The translations under genes were made by a program, and so were the position numbers. Under the pieces are notes generated by a model, which saw nothing but the letters and a program-made list of their open reading frames with translations, was not told the DNA's origin and ran no database searches. From positions 16,430,001-16,494,000 of the forward strand of contig NC_091998.1 of NCBI RefSeq assembly GCF_044704955.1: DNA of 64,000 bases, in the 5' to 3' direction. Position 1 is the first letter of the stretch. Every line of letters starts with the position of its first letter. The DNA comes from Pristiophorus japonicus. Its lineage: Eukaryota. This document shows positions 54,169 through 64,000 of the stretch, one piece after another.

Positions 54169-54552
54169 TCGCTTCTCGGCCTTTTGGCTAAGATCTGCAT
54201 AACTAACCTGACCAGCCACCATGACCTCCGGGTGGTTTCTCCCTGGTCAGGAAGGTATATGCTTACATTTTTGTAAACAGGAGGTGGGTGGGATGGCTTG
54301 ACCCATCCACCTCCACGGAGGTGTGTGGGGGACCTGACCCATCCACCTCCATGGCACGAACCTGGTATTGCAGTACTTCCAGGAACGGTGCAGTGGCTCT
54401 AGGCCTTTTGGCTAAGAGCATTGGCGCAGAGTGATCCTTGACTGGTGCAGGGTGACCTCTGGCGTTTGACAAAGAATTGGAACGATTGGAACGATTGGAC
54501 ACGAATAAATAAATAAATAAATAAATAAATAAATTAAAAAAATTTAAAAAAA
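54169..54552 (+). mobile_element. snRNA-derived chimeric SINE (U2/U1; SINEU-like), copy 1
   Basis: Starts TCGCTTCTCGGCCTTTTGGCTAAGATC (U2 nt 2-28); U1-like segment; ATTTTTG; U2 3' end ACCTGGTATTGCAGTACTTCCAGGAACGGTGCA; (AATA)n/A tail; 12-bp TSD AATGTGTAGAAC (54157-54168, 54553-54564). Confidence 0.9.
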
Positions 54553-54756
54553 AATGTGTAGAACAAAAATTGTTATGTATAATAATCCCCCAAAAACCTC
54601 ACTTGACAGAAAACAAAATAAGCACAATGAGTTTTTTTTACGTTTGAAGATCAGGTGATAATATTGTGAAAACCTTTACTCTGATTTTCGTCAGCACCAG
54701 TTACGTGCTGAAAGAAATCTCATGTTTCTTATATAACAGGAACAGTTTAAAGAGCA

Positions 54757-55989
54757 TCATCATCATCGGCAGTCCCTCGGAATCGAGGAAGACTTGCTTT
54801 CACTCTTAGCATGAGTTCTTAGGTGGCTGTACAGTCCAATACGTGACCCACAGTCTCTGTCACAGGTGGGACAGACAGTGGTTGAAGGGAAGGGTAGGCG
54901 GGGAGCCTGGCATGCTCCTTCCGCTGCCTGTGCTTGATTTCTGCACGTTCTCGGCGACGATACTCGAGGAGCTCAGCGCCCTCCCGGATGCACTTCCCCC
55001 ACGTAGGACGGTTTTTGGACAGCGACTCCCAGGTGTCAGTGGGGATGTTGCACTTTATCAGGGAGGCTTTGAGGATGTCCTTGTAACGTTCCCTCTGCCC
55101 ACCTTTGGCTCATTTGCCGTGGACAAGTTCCGAGTAGAGCGCTTGCTTTGGGAGTCTCGTATCTGGCATGTGAATTATGTGGCCTGCCCAGCGGAGCTGA
55201 TCAAGTGTGGTCAGTGCTTCAATGCTGGGAATGTTGGCCTGGACGAGGACATTAATGTTGGTGTGTCTGTCCTCCCAGGGGATTTGTAGGATCTTGCGGC
55301 GACATCGTTGGTGGTATTTCTCCAACGACTTGAGGTGTCTATTGTACATGGTCCATGCCTCTGAGCTACACAGGAGAGCGGGTATTACTACGGCCCTGTA
55401 CACCATGAACTTGGTGACAGTTTTGAGGGCCTGGTCTTCAAACATTTTTTTCCTCAGTCGGCTGAAGGCTGCACTGGAGGCGGTGTTGGATCTCGTTGTC
55501 AATGCCTGCTCTTGTTGATAGGACGCTCCCGAGATAAGGGAAGTGATCCACATTGTCCAGGGCCGTGCCGTCTGGGGGAGTGCTGTGCGACGAGGACAGG
55601 CTGGAGGAGGATCTTTGTCTTACTAATGTTTAGCGTAAGGCCCATGTTTTCATACGCCCTGGTAAATACGTTGGCTATGTCCTGGAGTTTAGCCTCTGTG
55701 TGTGCACAGACGCAGTCAGCGTCCGCGTACTGTAGCTCAACGACAGAGGTTGGAGTGGTCTTGGATCTGGCCTGGTGACGGCAAAGGTTGAACAGATTCC
55801 CACTGGTTCTGTAGTTAAGTTCCACTCCAGCGGGGAGCTTGTCAACTGTGAGGTGGAGCATGGCAGCGAGGAAGATTGAGAAGAGGGTTGGGGCGATGAC
55901 GCAGTCCTGCTTGACCCCGGTCTGGACATGGATTGGGTCTGTGATGGATCTGTTGGAAAGGATCACGGCCTGCATGTCGTCGTGGAGCA
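54757..55989 (-). mobile_element. 5'-truncated RTE LINE (RT C-terminal half), decayed
   Basis: TGVKQDCVIAPTLFSIF, VELQYADAD, QLRWAGHIIHMPDTRLPKQ; (ATG)n tail; 10-bp TSD TTAAAGAGCA (54747-54756, 55990-55999). Confidence 0.95.
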
Positions 55990-56454
55990 TTAAAGAGCAA
56001 TACATTGGGCAACCCCCTCATGCCCACCGCAAGGCCACAAAAGTCATCTTCGAAGCTTCCACTAAGGCTGCACAATTCACGTAGTCTGAGATCTCTCACG
56101 AGGGCATGAGTTTGAGAAGGAACAGATCGTTAAGTATCATTCATCAGCTGGGAAGGGGGAGCTTGCAGCAAGGCTGGACTGCGAAGATTACGTACTATAG
56201 TGTAAAATAATTAAACATGATGATCTTTTAAATACGGCAATTGTTACTGTCAGATTTAAATTCATCATAAATTATTTTCTGATCCACATGTTTTTATTTT
56301 TCTGGCTCAATAGTAGCACATACGTAGCAGAGGAAGCAATATATTCCATATTTAATATCCATGGGAAAGATTCAGTAACACTCACCATCAACCCCTTGCT
56401 GAGTCCCAAGGCTTTTGGAAAGGTAGTAAAAGGAAGATTTGTGCATTCTGATTT

Positions 56455-57955
56455 AAAACTTGACTTTAAAACACACATTATCTATTTTCTGTTGGCAAGC
56501 CACTAAAAAGTATTGGTCTCCAAAATAATTGTAGCTTAGGACATTCATGAGATGAACCAAATACTTTTTGGACCAAAAATATGTTTAGAACATTGCAAAT
56601 TGATTTGGTTACCATCTGAAATGATTTCGCTGGAGAACAACAGTTCAGAGGTTACCAGATGAATAATGCACAAAAAGAACATTATTTTACACTGCATCTG
56701 GTACTTGTACCAAGTAAGGATGAGCAAGATCAGACTGCCAGATTAAGAACATCAAAAACCTCTGCATAAGGAAAGCCCTGTCTGAACATTTTTAGCTGCA
56801 TTCTTCAATCCTCTCTGCAAATTTTACAAACTCTGTCTCATTCTCAGACAGATGGAATGTGTACTGGAAACCTCAGTATGGTTCCATGCAGCAAACTATC
56901 GGAACCACAGTACAGAGTGAGTGCAGGCCTATTAGGGCTGTGTAACTGAAGGCCTCAACACATATGCATAGTAACAGCAGAAGTTTGTATTAAGCTACAC
57001 TTAAAAGTGTATTATGAAACTAGTCCTTAAAACACACATTCGTGACCTCTGTAGCGAGAAGTTTACCTTTTTTGACCTTCAATTGATTTCAGCGCTATGT
57101 AATGGGAATTCTCAGCAAAGGGCTGCAGTGACGTCAACAAGCTGTCTAAGCAGCCAGCCAATCACATTGCAGAATTCTCACAAACAGGAAACAAGGAGCT
57201 ACTTTTATCCAGACTTTTAAAATAAAATATTAGAGAGTGAAATAAAGATTGGAACTCTCGCATGGGGATAAGGTAGAAGCTGAAATAGCACGACCAAACT
57301 TTTAAAGTTTTATAAAAATTACAATTTTTATCATAATGGAGAAATGTAACAACTTCAGAAATATAAAAATGAGTTTTACAGGGCCAGAATGTTTGTCTAT
57401 CAGTCAATATGCTGTTAAACCCCCAATTACACCTATTCCAACAAGACTTAACATTTAATGGGGTATTTATCAGCAATTACTGCAGAAAAGCCCAAGTTTT
57501 TGTCGGTTTCACAGATTATACTGTTTGCCGACTATGGGGGTGAGGGTTGTATCCACAGCGCAGCCAGTGTCAGAGCAGTGACCGACTGACCACAACTTCA
57601 GAATTTCCGCGTTTAGATGCACATGTGCTAAATACTGATGATACAATCAGTTTCAGAGGGATAATGACGGTGAACGCTGGTATTTCGGTGTCATTAACCA
57701 TCGCAAATTCCAAGCCATTATCTATTTTCTGCTGGTAACCCATTAAAATGCATTTGTTTCCTAAAGAATTGTAGCCTCGAACATTCATGAGATGAAACAA
57801 TTACTGTTTGTATTTTTGTATAAGAACATTGCAAATTGATTTGGTTACCATCTGAAATGATTACACTGGGGAACAGATGAATAACTGCACTAAAAGAACA
57901 TTATTTTGCACTATATCTGGTACTTGACCCAGTGAAGCTGAGAAAGATCAGACCG
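56455..57955. repeat. Local diverged duplication of ~280 bp (56455-56740; second copy 57015-57040 plus 57717-57955)
   Basis: Shared colinear blocks TTAAAACACACATT, ATCTATTTTCTG, ACATTCATGAGATGAA, AGAACATTGCAAATTGATTTGGTTACCATCTGAAATGATT, AAAAGAACATTATTTT and AAGATCAGAC. Confidence 0.85.
57041..57716. mobile_element. MITE-like insertion splitting the second duplicate
   Basis: Absent from the first duplicate; bounded by ATT/ATT; right end GCAAATTCCAAGCC resembles the ends of the 11624 and 15341 elements; left TIR not seen. Confidence 0.55.
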
Positions 57956-58306
57956 TCGAATAGTTACCCAGATTTACCTTTTTCTTCTTTCTCTTCAAAC
58001 CATCTCACCACCACCAATCCATTGGTTACGAAACATTAGACAAAGGTGTAGTAAGACACGAGATTGTACTTATAATTCAGCATACCCCGAACCTTTCAAT
58101 CTCAACCCGGTTGCTGTGGGGAAGTGAGAACTGGAAAGTGCTGTTCCACAGAAAGAGTAAAAGAAACAGAAACTGGAAAAAACACCACCCCCAATCCACT
58201 TTTGCAGCTTAAGCAGCTATACAGCATCACAGACAGAAGCCTGAGTGGGGTCTTGGCCAGAGACGGTCCAGAACATGGGAGAAATAGTAAATAATTTGGA
58301 AGTTAC

Positions 58307-58984
58307 AGGGGCCGAAGCACTCCGGGGGTTGCTAACGGGGTGCAAAACTGCTTTTGCCCGGAGTGAGCGCTACCAGCTCACGCAAAATTGCGCGAGAGTT
58401 AGTGGAGACATGAACACAATAGCGTCCCGGGCCACCGTGCCTCCGTGCCTCCAGCAATGACGCCATCATCATGCACAGCGACCCCTTTCCGCCCCATGGC
58501 GGAAATTGCCTCGCGCCCCAGGAGGTTGCTGCAAACCAGGCCGACCTCCACTCCCGGGTTGAAAGGTAAAGGGGAGGTGCACGGCGCCACACGCTGCCAT
58601 TTTTTTCTTCGGGAAACTCACTTGTTGGCCCCGTGCTCCATCATTGTCTGTTTGGGTGCGGAGCAATGGCCACGGCACCACACAGCCCTGGTGGCCCAGT
58701 GGAGGATATCAAAGGACCTGCAGAGCTCACAACGGCCCTCCCCTTTAACGGAAGGGGAGAGGCGTTGAAACGCATCAGTGCTTCATGGAGAAGCCGATCC
58801 TGTCCATGTAGTACCCCAGACACTGCCCTAACAGGAAGTGCAGTACGCGACACTGCGCTCCACTTCCTGCGAGGGGCGGGAACTTGAATTTCGCGGTTGG
58901 GGCGCGACTTCCACGTTGGGCGCAGTAAGTCCCGCCCTGAATCAGTTACCACCCCCAAACGGGGCGTTATCGAATTTCACAGCC
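58307..58984. mobile_element. GC/CpG-rich segment, probable non-autonomous DNA transposon
   Basis: Sharp compositional boundaries; ends GGGGCCGAA / GAATTTCACAGCC are only loosely inverted. Confidence 0.35.
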
Positions 58985-59009
58985 ACAATGTTTACATTTT
59001 TCCTTCTTT

Positions 59010-59368
59010 TTTTTCTTCTTTTTTTTTTATTCGTTGCCAATTTTTCCAATTCTTTGTCAAATCACAAACGCCAGAGGTCACCTTGCACACATCAAGGATC
59101 ACTCTGCGCCAATGCTCTTAGCCAAAAGGCCTAGAGCCACTGCACCGTTCCTGGAAGTACTGCAATACCAGGTTCGTGCCATGGAGGTGGATGGGTCAGG
59201 CCCCCCACACACCTCCGTGGAGGTGGATGGGTCAAGCCACCCCACCCACCTCCTATTTCCAAAAAGCATAGGAGAAACACCTTCCTGATCCAGGGAGAAC
59301 CACGTTGGGGTCATGGTTACTCCCCTGTCAGGTCAGTTACGCATGATCTTAGCCAAAAGGCCGACCCG
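59010..59368 (-). mobile_element. snRNA-derived chimeric SINE (U2/U1; SINEU-like), copy 2
   Basis: Minus strand reads TCGGCCTTTTGGCTAAGATC-ATGCG-TAACTGACCTGACAGGGGAGTAACCATGA (U1-like), then the same body as copy 1 and an A-rich tail; 15-bp TSD CATTTTTCCTTCTTT (58995-59009, 59369-59383). Confidence 0.9.
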
Positions 59369-59916
59369 CATTTTTCCTTCTTTATGCACAGCATTAGTCC
59401 TCAGCCATAACTAACAAATAACCAACTTCTCCATAGCTGCCAGTTCTAATGCTAATCAACTAACGACTCACCATTGTTAGCACGGTTAAATACAGTGCAA
59501 TGTTCCATGTAAATATAAATACGTAACTGAGAGCCAAAAACCACAGGCGAGCACATTTAAGTGTCTATTATCTGTTGGTGATCAAAACCATCAGCACACT
59601 ACAGTGATAGGAAACAGGTGTCAAGTTTTACACAGTTCAGTCAGTTTCCCAGCTTTCCTCAAAACTGGAAGGGTTAGAACTTTGGGTGCAGCAGAGAAAA
59701 TGCTCTTCTCTGGGAAACTGTCATATCTAACTTCAAAATGCAAAAAGTGAAAAATCACAACATTTGAAGCTGTCAAACATATAATTTAAGACTAGCACCG
59801 ACAAGGTTTGTGGGAAAGGGGTGGGCAGGGAAAGTTCCTTGTTATGGGGACTTGATATTCTACTTCAGTAGAAATGGTTCTAATTTTGACTCAAAGCCAG
59901 ACAAAAGATTTCAGCT

Positions 59917-60146
59917 CGGGTTGCCAACCCTCCAGGAATTACAAATTAAAATCCGAGATAATGCAGTGAGCAAACCGGGAGGAACATCATAGGAACATTA
60001 AAATAAGCTGCGTTTCTTTTTATTTTCTTTGAACACTTTTGTTTATTCGTTCTAACATTTTTGGGGATGGGTAAGAAGGCTGTTGGTGGCGGGAGGTCAC
60101 ATGATGAAACCTCCAGGAATAAGTCCAACCAGATTTGGTGACCCTA
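59917..60146. mobile_element. hAT-like MITE
   Basis: Ends GGGTTGCCAAC...ATTTGGTGACCC; homologous to 45090-45347. Confidence 0.55.
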
Positions 60147-61379
60147 TTTTCAGGGCAGCTAAATCTCCGGTTTCTCCCCCTAACTTCGAGAATTTTTATT
60201 AATTACACACCTGCAAATATGCAACAAAAAAAAAGCCGACAAAAGGGGCAGTGTCATTTTCTAATTTCTCCTTTGCTGGGATAATTGTCTCCAGTTTAAA
60301 ACAGGCGTCAATGGACCAGTGCTGTGATGATGTCATTGCCCCCGAGACTGCAAATTCATCTTTGTTTTTTTTAATGAAAACTGAGATTTAAAAAAAAATC
60401 TCTCAAAGTTTCTGCTGCAACAGATAAGTCATTTGCCGCAGCGCAAATTTATTATGCTGGTCCAAAAACTGGTGATGAGGCAGCACAATTTGTAGAGTTG
60501 GCTGCTCTCTGGCTCTCCCAATTTTACAGATTGTAAACCTGGTCAATGTACGTGCCCTCATCAGTGTCACCCGGAGCCCCTTTCTGCGGGAGCTGGAAGC
60601 CTATTTTGTGTATATCCGACAAAGCAATGAAAAAAAAATCCAACAATAAAAAAAAAATCCAGCCAGTATGTGCCAGGTTTTGCTTAAATTTGAAAAAGAG
60701 AAATCGTTGCAAACAATACAAACAGCAATACGGGGCAATCGGCTCCTGCTGGACCGATCAACTAACATAAAAAGATTCGAAAGTGCATGCCAAAGAAAGT
60801 ATGCTCATCTGATAGAAATTTAGAAAGAAAGGATGCCAGAAGCCAGGAGAGACACCAAGGAGCGATTTGAGGAGGTGATTGCTGCCACAGTTGTCATTCA
60901 TGTCAGTTGGAAGATGCCAAATTCGAAATAAAAATGGTGTCAGCTGAATAGCAGAATCTGTTTACCATGTGTTTCCAGTCAAGAAATATTATGGATGAAA
61001 TTGTGGGCAAATATAAAAAGCACTACAGGTCAACTCCAGGGGATTAGACACACGGTTTTTATAAATTTAAAATAAAACAACAGGAGCTACTTAAGAGTTC
61101 TAACTATATTGCATGACAGTTGTTACTAAACAATATATACTTTCCTTGCCAATTTACCAACACAGAAAGTGATTTTGAGCACAAATTTGCATTGAAGTGT
61201 TAGATTATTCTTAATCTCAAAACGTTTCTAAACCTTGAGATTAATGTATTTATTCATCAGATGGCAGATACCCAGCCATTTTATGAATGCAGTATAGGCG
61301 CTGTTACATGAATGCAGCACCACAGGCGGTTGGTATACGGCTGCCATGTTGTCGATGGCACCAGCAAATATGAACTTAC

Positions 61380-61717
61380 CGGCCTTCATTCTGTTGACTG
61401 CTGCCACCAGTGCTACAGTCTCCCACGATGACCTCGGAAACATGCTGAGCTGGTTCAGCACATCAGCATGTCTGCATTGTGACATTAAGTTGCATTTTGA
61501 CCTGAGCATGTATGACACACTGGGATCATTCAGCATCTGTTGCCCATCTGCACTTGGATTTTTTTTTTAAAAAAGGTTGAAGAAGAATCAAATTGTTGTT
61601 GCTCTTCTGTACTGCTACTCTCCTGCAGGTTTGTTGGCGAAGGCTACGTTGGAAAAACAGAGGCCCAGTATAGTGAGTGTGCCCACAATACTGAGTCTTC
61701 CTTGTGTGAATTGTGAC
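61380..61717 (-). CDS. Candidate host exon (338 nt); 3' half open: MLNDPSVSYMLRSKCNLMSQCRHADVLNQLSMFPRSSWETVALVAAVNRMKA
   Basis: Acceptor cttctgctctcccgtag|G and donor GCCG|gtaagt; ATG at 61536; phase-1 end fits both the 39819 and 33964 acceptors. Confidence 0.55.
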
Positions 61718-62840
61718 CTACGGGAGAGCAGAAGTACAGGCTACTGAATGCCTGGGAGAGAACAGCACAGAGAACAGCTTGGTATCACGCGCCCAAAACT
61801 TGGGGCAGCTAAAAAAAAATCCCCTTCATTGATTTAAAGGTATTCATTCACCTTTAGTTTAGCACCGCAATAATGAGGGCATCAGGTGACAGTGAGTGAT
61901 AATATGAATACTTAACAAAAAATGCAAACATAAAATTTGTCGGTGTTCCATGCCTTCAAATATTTTTTTGGGTTTCAACGGTCAGGTGCCAAGATGTAAA
62001 TTCTTCTGAGGAACAATAGTAGCTTGGCCATCTAGTAAATGGCAATAGCCAGGATATATCAAATTCAGATGTTCCCTATTGGTATCAGCACATTTTAAAA
62101 TGGTTCAAATTAGTTCACAGGTTGCTCATCTTGGGTCTGTGCCGAGAGCACACAATGCCCTTATTTTCTTCGGTTAATGTAAGTCTTTTTTTTCCTTTCG
62201 TTCTACCGCTTGCCACCAGTTCACACTGGCATTCTTTCTCCCCCCATCACCCATGTACGCCTGGATTCTTTCCTCTCTCATTTATAAAAGTGTCACATCC
62301 TTCTGCTTTCCTACATCTCAAAAGTACTCTCCCAACTTCCACACACCACCCAGCTTCTTCCATCCTCTCCCACCCGAAAAGTGCTCCAAAAACTCTGCTC
62401 CTGGCTTCTTCCTTGCCCCAAAATTGCTCGACTGGATTTTCCCCTCTCCCCACCCCCCTCCCTTAACTCCATCCTGTGCCACTTGCTCAGAGTAAACCTG
62501 ACCATGCACAAACTCAATGGGACCAATTTTAACCTAGCCTGCCCGTCGGGAAGCTGACAGGTGAGTAATGGATTCAACGGAGAATAATATTGGACGGGGT
62601 GTAACACCAGCCTTCCAACGATTCCAGTGAGTTAGTTTAAAATGAACCCCAATGTCTTCTTTGACTATGAGCTGAGCTTTAGATTTTATACATCACCAAG
62701 GCCACTTAATTCCTGCTCCATAACTCCCATCTAGTCCTTACCTAACCCCACTACACTATTAGTTCACCGGCTACCCTTTCCCCAACACATTCAATTCAGA
62801 ATCCTTGTCCTCGTTGACAAATCCTTCCACAGCCTCACAC

Positions 62841-64000
62841 TGTCATGTATGTAACCTTTATGTAACAACACTGCAATACTGTATATATGTAAGAAATGCA
62901 CGCCTTGACCACAGGGGGTGAACTTGTGGGAGACACTCCTCACCTGGTCACCCAGGTATATAAAGGGAGGTCCCACGCAAGGTCATCACTTCTGGGTCCT
63001 GTGAATAAAGGTTCAGGTCATGGAGTGACCTTGTCCATAGAATGTGCCTCGTGTTGATTTGTGGTATTGCGTAAGGCCTTTACATTGGCGACGAGAAACG
63101 GGAAGCAATGACCCATGAGAATGGCCACTGGCAGCACAGATGAACGGTACTGTGTTGGTGAGGACTGGGCTGATTTCATTGAGAGGCTCCAGCAGAGTTT
63201 TGTCATGAAGGACTGGCTGGGAGACGCAGCAGCCGACAAGTGAAGGGCTCATCTGCTGACCAGCTGTGGACCTAAGACTTACGCGCTGATGAAAGATCTG
63301 CTAAGTTCACAGATGCCTGCAGGAGGGGGAGATGCTAAGGGATTTCTTTATTGAGGGCATCGGTCATGCTGGGATATTCAGAAAGCTAACTGAGACCAAG
63401 GACTTGACCTTGGAAGCAGCGGCATTGATGGCTCAGACTTTTATGGCGGGGGAGGAGGAAACCAAGATAATATACTCACGCAATCCTGCCTCCAACATCA
63501 TAAACGCGACACAGAGCCCAGCAGGCAGGCAAGGGCAGTTCGAGACACCCAAGGCAGCAACAGACCCAGAAGTAAGTGTCCAACAGAGACAATGGCAGGC
63601 TGAACGGACATTTATGCCGCCCCCCCGCCCCCCGCAGTGGACAATGCGGCCTGGGATGGGGCCATTGATACCCACTAACAGGGTGCTCAAGAGTAGTCAA
63701 AGGGACAATCAGCAAGGAATGCCTTGCAACAAGCTCTTTTGTTCACAACAATGGGAATCTCAGTTCATGCAGGAGGTGTGGGGGCAGACATGCTGCCAGG
63801 GCTTGCAGGTTTCAACAGTTCGCCTGCAGAAATTGTAACCTCAGTGGCCATTTAGCCAGAATGTGCAGAAAGCCTGTAACCAGGCTAATATATGAGACGG
63901 ATGAACCAGATGAGGGGTCTGCAAGGCAGGATGACGCTTGGAGAAAATCAATGGACGCTGAAGTTCAGCGGGTTCAAATGGAAAACATTCACAGTTCATA
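62841..64000 (+). mobile_element. 5' part of a Gypsy element (LTR, PBS, decayed gag) running off the window
   Basis: LTR 62841-63084 (TGT..TATATAAAG..AATAAA..TACA); PBS TGGCGACGAG (63086-63095); gag GEDWADFIERLQQSF with stop at 63241; MLRDFFIEGIG; CCHC knuckle CRNCNLSGHLARMC. Confidence 0.92.

Noticed and set aside
54169-54195. U2 gene disrupted by a U2-targeting LINE (Keno/Utopia type)
   Set aside because: U2 identity stops at nt 28 and is followed by U1-like sequence rather than LINE coding sequence; the TSD flanks the whole unit in non-U2 DNA
54169-54392. Functional U2 or U1 snRNA gene
   Set aside because: Lacks the branch-point recognition region and SL-II, is interleaved with U1 sequence, and has poly(A) plus a TSD, so it is a retroposed chimera
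58307-58984. CpG-island promoter
   Set aside because: Sharp edges and loosely inverted ends fit a transposon-derived segment better; no first exon or donor found, though not excluded without methylation or CAGE data
61629-61672. Plus-strand mini-exon reading FVGEGYVGKT (P-loop-like)
   Set aside because: No other GTPase motifs or supported plus-strand exons, and it overlaps the better-supported minus-strand exon; likely chance

Overview
This is eukaryotic (vertebrate) genomic DNA, most likely a cartilaginous fish. That call is inferred from abundant DeuSINE/SacSINE1-like SINEs, CR1 LINEs with (TTCTATGT)n tails, RTE LINEs and Gypsy elements. Most of the window is transposon-derived, and most listed ORFs are TE remnants or noise. 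TE content: a TSD-flanked but decayed 4.8-kb Gypsy element (6158-10973), an internally deleted Gypsy (481-2558), solo LTRs, CR1 and RTE fragments, SINEs and MITE-like elements. Candidate exons of an unidentified host gene lie on the minus strand: 61380-61717, a terminal exon at 39740-39819 with a ~1.5-kb 3'UTR, and 33737-33964 plus 33317-33395. The most notable discovery is two TSD-flanked, A-tailed copies (54169-54552 +, 59010-59368 -) of a ~370-bp retroposon assembled from spliceosomal snRNA modules. The order is U2 5' stem-loop, U1 5' end, Sm-site-like motif, duplicated U2 SL-III, U2 SL-IV, a second U2 SL-I, a unique tail and poly(A). It resembles the snRNA-headed SINEU class described from crocodilians. 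Several unrelated Gypsy LTR families also carry CTCF-like motifs. All alignments and coordinates were made by eye.
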